From a virus (Duplodnaviria > Heunggongvirae > Uroviricota > Caudoviricetes): 64,000 nt of DNA. Below, one piece after another: positions 59,001 through 64,000 of the stretch. The stretch's first letter is position 1, and each line of letters begins with the position of its first letter. The stretch spans positions 1-64,000 of the IMG/VR virus record IMGVR_UViG_3300044675_001501. One strand, 5' to 3'. The translations under genes and the position numbers were made by a program. The notes beneath the pieces are model-generated. The model ran no database searches. It worked only from the letters and a program-made list of their open reading frames with translations, and had not been told where the DNA came from.

Positions 59001-59635
59001 GTGTTAATATAATTTTCTGGTTGTGACAGCGAGAAAGAAATTTGATTGTTTGTTGCGGTATGCTTATCAATAACAAAGTTTCTTAAATTCTCTGAAAGAG
59101 TTTCTGGTGTAACAGATCCAGCTGCAGGAACTAGATTATAAGTTGCTCCACCATTGTTTATTGCATAAATTACTGCACCAATATCTGGGATACTAGTAAA
59201 TTGCAAACCACAATCATATAGCTCTTGAATCTCTGTAACCAAACCAGAAGCAAGGAGAATAGCATTTTGTGATTCTACTCTAATGCTACTTGCTTGGAAA
59301 TCAGCAGAAGATGTTTGAAGAATATCAACATAACCACTGTTCTGAACGTAGTTGATAACAATACCAGAAGCAGCAGTTGCTGGTTGGTTGATTGTTCTGT
59401 TAATTTCAAAATCGTTAATCTGACCAGTCAGTCTCAAACGCTTTAATGTTACAACCTTGTACGCATCATCAGGTTGCTGTGGTACGTTCTCTACAAAAAC
59501 TGTTAGATTTCCTGGGTATCCACCTGGAACTGGAGTAGAAAGCAAAAATGTTCTCTGAACACCATCGCCCCTAAACTCATCTTTAGGTCTTGCGCCAGAA
59601 GAAACATCAGCTACTGTATTTCCGATATATGCCAT
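56084..59635 (-). CDS. repeat-rich fibre protein (1183 aa): T7-fibre-like N-terminus followed by ~25 tandem ~36-aa GYT-APT repeats
   Basis: The N-terminus 'MAYIGNTVADV…' parallels the 208-aa protein. The central region is made of '…[10 protein letters not shown](V/I)(S/T)FTG…G…ATATL…' repeats. Confidence 0.85.
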   Translation of the reverse strand: MAYIGNTVADVSSGARPKDEFRGDGVQRTFLLSTPVPGGYPGNLTVFVENVPQQPDDAYKVVTLKRLRLTGQINDFEINRTINQPATAASGIVINYVQNSGYVDILQTSSADFQASSIRVESQNAILLASGLVTEIQELYDCGLQFTSIPDIGAVIYAINNGGATYNLVPAAGSVTPETLSENLRNFVIDKHTATNNQISFSLSQPENYINTLLVSVDGQVQTPVEDFTLATTGSVKLVSITNNGTGYEQTPSISFTGDGSGATAVATLGTTGIVKGVTVNNGGDDYTTPPSVSFSGGAGEGAVAEASLASTGKIASVAVTNPGANYTSAPSITFTGGGGSSATATATLTTTGSLKSLTLDNAGSGYSSAPTVDFTGGSGTGAAAVAVLGFAVNTATVDSGGSGYTSAPTVTLTGGNGTGATATSTLATAGALKTLTLSNGGSGYTTAPTVSFTGDGSNAAATATLATSGSVVSASVTSGGTLYEEAPAVTFTGGNGSGATADAVLASSGVIKSLTLSNVGAGYEATPTISFSGGSGIGATATATLSATANVKRIALNNGGSNYQNAPTVSFSGGGGSGAVATATLSSTGGIKQVNITNGGAGYTVAPTITFGGDGSGATATATVSGGTITGITITNAGSGYTTATVVITADPGDTITNPATASAVIGYAVASITLSNNGTGYTSAPTITITGDGNGASATAVLGYTIASLNITAGGSGYTSAPTVVITDTGAQAATTSAVATSTLGFAVASITITAGGSGYTSAPTILFTGSGSGAAATATLGFAVASLTITNNGSGYTSAPTISFTGSGSGAAATATLGFAVASITITAGGSGYTVAPTISFSGGSGTGVTATANLVSTGSIKNLTVLSGGSGYTSAPTVSFTGDGSGAAATAVLGYGIASIGVNTAGSGYNLSTQVTITPQVGDTNTTTATATVTLARSVVAVTVISPGSSYTSIPSVSFSGGGGSGATATARLGYGVASIAVTNQGSGYENTPTVVVTPQSGDVPLVAATAVAVLGSSDSIEFVTPRSTGEKVTIQHLGFSTVSRNVNEEVGSFTPQLRIGGNSVGLIYLNNIGQYVKTGRIVTVNIQIRLIQFGTSLGELTIIGLPYQSYGVTQQSFGFNFDESTEQFGPAMAVIPQSSNIVRLGYTNLLTGRWIPLTHTSLTNSAFMNLSFTYMSAK
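57140..57410 (-). repeat. near-identical 111-bp tandem DNA repeats inside the 1183-aa gene
   Basis: 57171-57248 and 57282-57359 are identical except for 1 nt, with a third partial unit either side. Period is 111 bp (37 codons). Confidence 0.8.
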
Positions 59636-59958
59636 TATACATCCTCTAGGATTGATGCGATCGCGTCGATAGAAGATGCTACACTAGATTTAATTTTTAA
59701 AGCATCCCCAGCTTGAAGAACGATCTTTTGCCCTGAAATAACTTGTAATGATCCGCCAACTGGAACTGGAGCAGCCTTAACAACATAATAATCCAAAGCA
59801 GATTTTGTGATATAAACATCACAAGTCACTGCGCCATTTGTTGTATTGCAAATGTCAAGTTCAATAATGATAGACTTTAACCCAGTAGGAACAGTGTAAA
59901 CTGTTTCAGCTGATGATCCTACATTTCTTCTTAGTTCGTTTTTAAATACGTTTGCCAT
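59635..59958 (-). CDS. hypothetical protein (107 aa)
   Basis: Open frame abutting the start of the 1183-aa gene. Confidence 0.45.
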   Translation of the reverse strand: MANVFKNELRRNVGSSAETVYTVPTGLKSIIIELDICNTTNGAVTCDVYITKSALDYYVVKAAPVPVGGSLQVISGQKIVLQAGDALKIKSSVASSIDAIASILEDV

Positions 59959-59964
59959 GTTTAA

Positions 59965-60183
59965 TTATCCTAGAGCAAGTGTGATTGCGATTGAAAACTG
60001 ACGACCAGAATTAACAGCAGCTACTAGATTATCTTGAGGGTCAAGAAGAGTGTTAAGATCACCGATCTTCACTTCTTGATTATTAGTTCTCTCAATCGTT
60101 TGATTTGTTTTTACACGCCACTGATCAAAATTGTCAGTTTGCGGAACAGTAGGGATTGGAGTAGACTGATATGGTAGAGCCAT
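59965..60183 (-). CDS. small protein (72 aa) with a hydrophobic C-terminus (IAITLALG) similar to the ORF at 55836..56063
   Basis: Both start with MA, and both end in an Ile/Ala/Leu-rich tail. Confidence 0.4.
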   Translation of the reverse strand: MALPYQSTPIPTVPQTDNFDQWRVKTNQTIERTNNQEVKIGDLNTLLDPQDNLVAAVNSGRQFSIAITLALG

Positions 60184-60434
60184 TATTCTTTCCTATCTAT
60201 TAGAATTTGTAACATTTGTTTGATACTATCAACATCATTCTTAAGATTATTTATTTCACAATTTAAAGAAGAAATTGAAGTAGACATAGCTTGTTTTTCT
60301 AACTCATTTCTTCTAGAGATAGACATCATTTTCTTATGTTCAAGATACCTTTTCGTATCAATGTTGACGACCGACCCAGTTCTTAAATCTTTAACTAGGT
60401 CGGGTCTTTTGTCAATCTTAGCAAGTTTTTCCAT
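60183..60434 (-). CDS. small coiled-coil protein (83 aa)
   Basis: Heptad-like Lys/Glu/Leu-rich sequence (…LNCEINNLKNDVDSIKQMLQILIDRKE). Confidence 0.4.
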   Translation of the reverse strand: MEKLAKIDKRPDLVKDLRTGSVVNIDTKRYLEHKKMMSISRRNELEKQAMSTSISSLNCEINNLKNDVDSIKQMLQILIDRKE

Positions 60435-63400
60435 TATGAGTGAGCGATTAATCTTAGTTTCTTAATACGAGGAACTTTACTTGGATCAGTTGACTTCATA
60501 ACAATCTTAATGATTGCATTAGTAAACGGAGTAATGTCAATAACATCAATTGTTTGTTCACTAAACACATCTAATGCGTCATTAGATGCAGTAGTAAAAC
60601 CTGTATCAACATAATTTAGGGTGTTTGGATCCACACCAGTTGTCCAAGTCTTATAGTAAATTCTCAGATCAGTAAACTGCGGAATGTTACTGTCAAACAA
60701 GATCTTCAACGAATCTGCTGGGTTAGAAATAACCAGAGGACGTGTAATATAGTTTGCATAGTTTGATGTTCCAGTAGGAGCCCAATCTTCAACAAACTTA
60801 TCTAGCTGATCAATCTTCCAACTTGGGGTATTCTTTCTGATATAATATTCAGTTGAAGAAGTAATAGAAGATGTTGGGTTTGCTGTTAGAGTAATAGATG
60901 TATCACTATTAACAATAGAGACTGTTCCGATAGTAATACCTGTCTCACCATCTGTTCTTCCGTTTCCACCAAAACTTTGTTCAGTCAGAACATCACCAAC
61001 TGCAACTTCTGTTAGGAATGCGCTACCAGATCCAGTAACTGCAGTTGCTGCGCTACTTGTTGCTGTAATAAATCCTGCACCTTTGAAGTATAGATAATCA
61101 TTCACCATATCAATTGTTGCAGATGTTACGCCTGATGGGAAAGTAAACGCTGGAGAAACTGTAATTGTAATAACATCGTCTTCAGCGTTACCAACATTAA
61201 CAGTAGTATCGCTTGATGTTACAACAGTTTCAACTAGATACTTTCCGTTAATACCAGCGATCATACCAGACAAGTAGATATACTTACCTTGTTTAGCAAG
61301 AGATAACAGGTTATCAGCAGTATCAATATTAGTAGAAATAATACCCTTACCACCAGAGTTAGAGAATGTTAGTTTAGCTTCTGGAGTACCAATAGTAAAT
61401 GTTGTAGCTGGGTCAGTTGAAACAGTAACAGTAGATGCTGTTGCTAATGACTCTAATTCAAGCAAAGTATTGCCAAGAGTATAACCATTATCAGTTCCAG
61501 AAACTTGAGCTACCTTACCAATTAGTTGATTCTGTGTATTATACAATAATGTTCCAACTGGAGTTTCAGTAGTAAACTGGGTTCCGATACCAAACACATA
61601 TTTACTTCTAACAACAAATTGGTCTCCAGCATTAGTAGTTGGAGATGTTGTGTTAATTTTTATAGATCCTGGATTAACTTCCGTAATAGCTCCAATTAAA
61701 ACTGGAGTTGCAGCAGTTGTATAAATCTCATCACCAACTCTTAGTCGTTTCCATGGTGCACCAGTTTGTGAAGTTCCAGAACCATCAAACAAGTAAGTAG
61801 TTCCAGTAATAGTATATGTTCTAGTTCCTCCTGATGTAGTTGCAGCAGGTAGTGTTAGATTTGCGCCAAACAAATTGGTATAGTGGAACGCACCAATTGT
61901 TCCTGTCGCTGGTTCTGCATCAATATCAGCAGCTGTTACATCGTTCGCTTTTAGTAGAGGTCTGTTGTCAACACCAATAACATTAATGTCTGCTTCAGTT
62001 GGGCTATTAATCAGATTTCTAATAGCGAACACTGATAATCTACCCATATCGATAATAGGTGAGACGTTGGCATTAGATGAAGACAACTTAGCTCTTATTG
62101 AAACAGATGGACGTACCAATCCTGTTGCTGCAGAGAGAACGTCTTCGTTCTCATACGATCTAATAATCTTTCTTGAATTAAATGTAAAGTTTGTATTTTC
62201 AGTTAAAGACTGGTATCCACTAGGAGTTCCGTCAGTATCGATAGCTTGAACTTCAAATTTTAATTCAGTATCTGTAGGAACAACGTTGTCGCCCTTTAAG
62301 AATAGGTAATCAACAATTAGTTGTCTTGAGCACTTAATTCCTGTGCCACCATAATCACCTTTGACGAATTGATCTAGAATTTGCTGAACAGTTGTTTCTG
62401 TTCCAGCTTCCCCAGTGATTAGAATGTTTGGCTCAGACTCACCTGTTTGTGGATTAATATATTCATCTTCAGTTTGTAATCTAAAGCAGAATGAATCTTG
62501 ATCAACACCTTCTTGAAGTACAATCTGACCACCGTTTAGTAAACTTGCTGGAATACCAAAAGACTGCGACTTAGTTCCGTAATATCTTGTTTCTTCGAGA
62601 GTGTCAGCAATAAATTCTGCAACTCCCTCAATCATTACAACGTCGCCAGCACTAAATCCGTGGCGTGGTGCTCTAACTCTAATAATATCTGATCCTGGAG
62701 TAACCTCAAATGGATTAGCAGGAAGATTCATTAGTTTAGGTGGTAATGCTTTTAACTCAACCTGAGCTGTTTGACCAATATCAAACTCTGCCTGATACAT
62801 TCTAAACTTCATATCGAACAGAGGATTAATCTCAAACTCTTTACTGTTTTGCGACAAGTATAGAGATCCAGTTAGAGGTTGGTTTGTAACTACGTTACCT
62901 GTTAAAATGTCGCTCTTACCAAGCTCTGAAATGAAAACTTGACATCCTGGCTCGTCAGTCTTAACGATTAGAGCATAGTTCTCATTATCGACCAAGTAGA
63001 TTGGAGATCTAAACTTAAAGTTTGTTGCAACGCTACCATCATCGGAAACTGCTATCTCTGCTGGATTCTTAGTTACTTCAGAGAATGGCAGAATCTTAGA
63101 AGATGGGACGCCATTATCGGTGGTTCTAATCTCAACTGTAACAGGACGATTACCTGCTTCAGAGAAATATAGATCAACAGAAGTGATAAACATTCCACCA
63201 AAAGATTGAACAACGAATGTTTGTGCTAATGGATCGTGACCACGTCTTGGTCGAATAACCTGCAGGACACGTTGAGATGTTGAAACTCGGCGAACTGGAA
63301 TTGATTCGAATACACGATCTCGTACAAAGTTTGCTTGACGACTATTGACAATAGTTCGTTCGCGAGAAAGCGTAACTCCCACAGAGGAATAAGTAGCCTC

Positions 63401-63562
63401 ACCTATAGAATCAAAGTCAGCGCTGCTATTTGAAATATTATCTGTTATCTTAAATGAACGCTCACCAGTTCTAAATCTAATTGTATCGCTACTTGGGAGA
63501 TTAAAGACTCCAGCGCAAGATCCAGTAGTATCGGTTCTAATAGCATCACCAATTTTCTTCAT
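60434..63562 (-). CDS. large structural protein (~1042 aa), fibre/baseplate-associated
   Basis: The long open frame begins at a TTG at 63571. The first in-frame ATG at 63562 (MKKIGDAIRTD…) is the more likely start. Thr/Ser/Gly-rich. Confidence 0.75.
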   Translation of the reverse strand: MKKIGDAIRTDTTGSCAGVFNLPSSDTIRFRTGERSFKITDNISNSSADFDSIGEATYSSVGVTLSRERTIVNSRQANFVRDRVFESIPVRRVSTSQRVLQVIRPRRGHDPLAQTFVVQSFGGMFITSVDLYFSEAGNRPVTVEIRTTDNGVPSSKILPFSEVTKNPAEIAVSDDGSVATNFKFRSPIYLVDNENYALIVKTDEPGCQVFISELGKSDILTGNVVTNQPLTGSLYLSQNSKEFEINPLFDMKFRMYQAEFDIGQTAQVELKALPPKLMNLPANPFEVTPGSDIIRVRAPRHGFSAGDVVMIEGVAEFIADTLEETRYYGTKSQSFGIPASLLNGGQIVLQEGVDQDSFCFRLQTEDEYINPQTGESEPNILITGEAGTETTVQQILDQFVKGDYGGTGIKCSRQLIVDYLFLKGDNVVPTDTELKFEVQAIDTDGTPSGYQSLTENTNFTFNSRKIIRSYENEDVLSAATGLVRPSVSIRAKLSSSNANVSPIIDMGRLSVFAIRNLINSPTEADINVIGVDNRPLLKANDVTAADIDAEPATGTIGAFHYTNLFGANLTLPAATTSGGTRTYTITGTTYLFDGSGTSQTGAPWKRLRVGDEIYTTAATPVLIGAITEVNPGSIKINTTSPTTNAGDQFVVRSKYVFGIGTQFTTETPVGTLLYNTQNQLIGKVAQVSGTDNGYTLGNTLLELESLATASTVTVSTDPATTFTIGTPEAKLTFSNSGGKGIISTNIDTADNLLSLAKQGKYIYLSGMIAGINGKYLVETVVTSSDTTVNVGNAEDDVITITVSPAFTFPSGVTSATIDMVNDYLYFKGAGFITATSSAATAVTGSGSAFLTEVAVGDVLTEQSFGGNGRTDGETGITIGTVSIVNSDTSITLTANPTSSITSSTEYYIRKNTPSWKIDQLDKFVEDWAPTGTSNYANYITRPLVISNPADSLKILFDSNIPQFTDLRIYYKTWTTGVDPNTLNYVDTGFTTASNDALDVFSEQTIDVIDITPFTNAIIKIVMKSTDPSKVPRIKKLRLIAHS

Positions 63563-63651
63563 TACTGGCAATGTTCCAGCAGTCGAGTTTCCATTGATTG
63601 CTGTTACAGTTACTTGGTTTCTAGCAGAGTTTGCGAATACAAGAGTACCAG

Positions 63652-64000
63652 TTAAGTTCTCGCCAATAGAGAAACCATTTTTAATGTTAGTTACATAAAT
63701 TTCTTGTGTTACTGGTCCAAGAGCATCAGTAGCAGAAGCGACACCAGCAAATACTACAACACCAGTAGCTTGTAATCTTCTAATGTAACCACCATCAGCG
63801 CCAGCGTAAGCAGCAGCTCTATCGTATGTGCTGAACTGTCTAATTCTTGAACCGTCTAATGACGTTAGAGTAATTGTTGTTCCGCTAATCGCTGCAATTT
63901 TAAATACTCTATTATTGATTTCTCTAGAAGTTCCAACATTATAAGTTCTAATTGTTGTCTGATTATTGATACGCTCAGTAACAGTTCTTGTAATGTTTAG
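63652..64000 (-). CDS. C-terminal part of another Thr/Gly/Ala-rich structural protein; its N-terminus lies beyond the window
   Basis: The minus-strand frame with codon-start coordinate ≡1 (mod 3) is free of stops across 63655-64000 and ends at TAA 63654..63652 (…NIKNGFSIGRT*). Confidence 0.5.

Noticed and set aside
751-62249. All plus-strand ORFs in the track (e.g. 751..1050, 8670..8987, 10212..10826, 35416..36003, 54479..54790, 56886..57242)
   Set aside because: Each lies entirely inside a longer, homology-supported minus-strand gene and has low-complexity or odd composition with no RBS context. They are shadow ORFs on the antisense strand of real genes.
63571-63571. TTG start of the 1045-aa ORF as listed
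   Set aside because: The frame upstream of 63571 holds stops at 63680 and 63686 and no RBS. The in-frame ATG at 63562 (MKKIG…) is the more plausible start. The neighbouring upstream gene is in a different frame and ends at 63652.
1-64000. CRISPR arrays, integrases/transposases, homing endonucleases
   Set aside because: No regularly spaced direct repeats with unique spacers, and no ORF with recombinase or HNH/GIY-YIG-like motifs, were seen. The tandem repeats present are in-frame protein-coding repeats in fibre genes.

Overview
This window is a T4-like myovirus (Tevenvirinae-type) genome segment with every credible gene on the minus strand. The combination of hsp20, a cobS/cobT-like ATPase plus vWA pair and giant fibre proteins most resembles marine T4-like cyano-/pelagimyoviruses. 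The sequence is visibly AT-rich by eye.

Reading the minus strand from high to low coordinates, the content is:
- **Fibre/baseplate region (about 30.5-64 kb):** very large Thr/Ser/Gly-rich structural proteins. These include two paralogous giants (3113 aa and 3464 aa), a 1183-aa protein built from ~36-aa tandem repeats and a 1042-aa protein, plus small companion proteins.
- **Neck and packaging:** gp13 and gp14 (neck), gp15, and gp17 (large terminase). There is no small terminase gene (gp16) between gp15 and gp17.
- **Tail and head:** gp18 (tail sheath, carrying a repeat insertion), gp19 (tail tube), gp20 (portal), gp67, gp68, gp21 (prohead protease), gp22 (scaffold), gp23 (major capsid protein) and gp3. 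gp24 is absent.
- **Replication/recombination and early genes:** uvsY, uvsW, gp55 (late sigma factor), gp47, gp46, then an accessory early-gene island, followed by gp45 (sliding clamp), gp44 and gp62 (clamp loader), regA (translational repressor), hsp20 and a DexA-like exonuclease.
- **Accessory island:** a vWA protein with an HExxH motif, a MoxR/CobS-like AAA+ ATPase, small proteins, and an SPFH lipoprotein paired with a 58-aa membrane micro-protein.

Gene 43 (DNA polymerase) is missing from its T4 position downstream of regA. A structured ~290-nt leader occupies that position instead.

Several perfect sigma70-type early promoters (TTGACA-N17-TATAAT) sit upstream of the early operons. T4-type late promoters (TATAAATA) and two clear rho-independent terminators are also visible.
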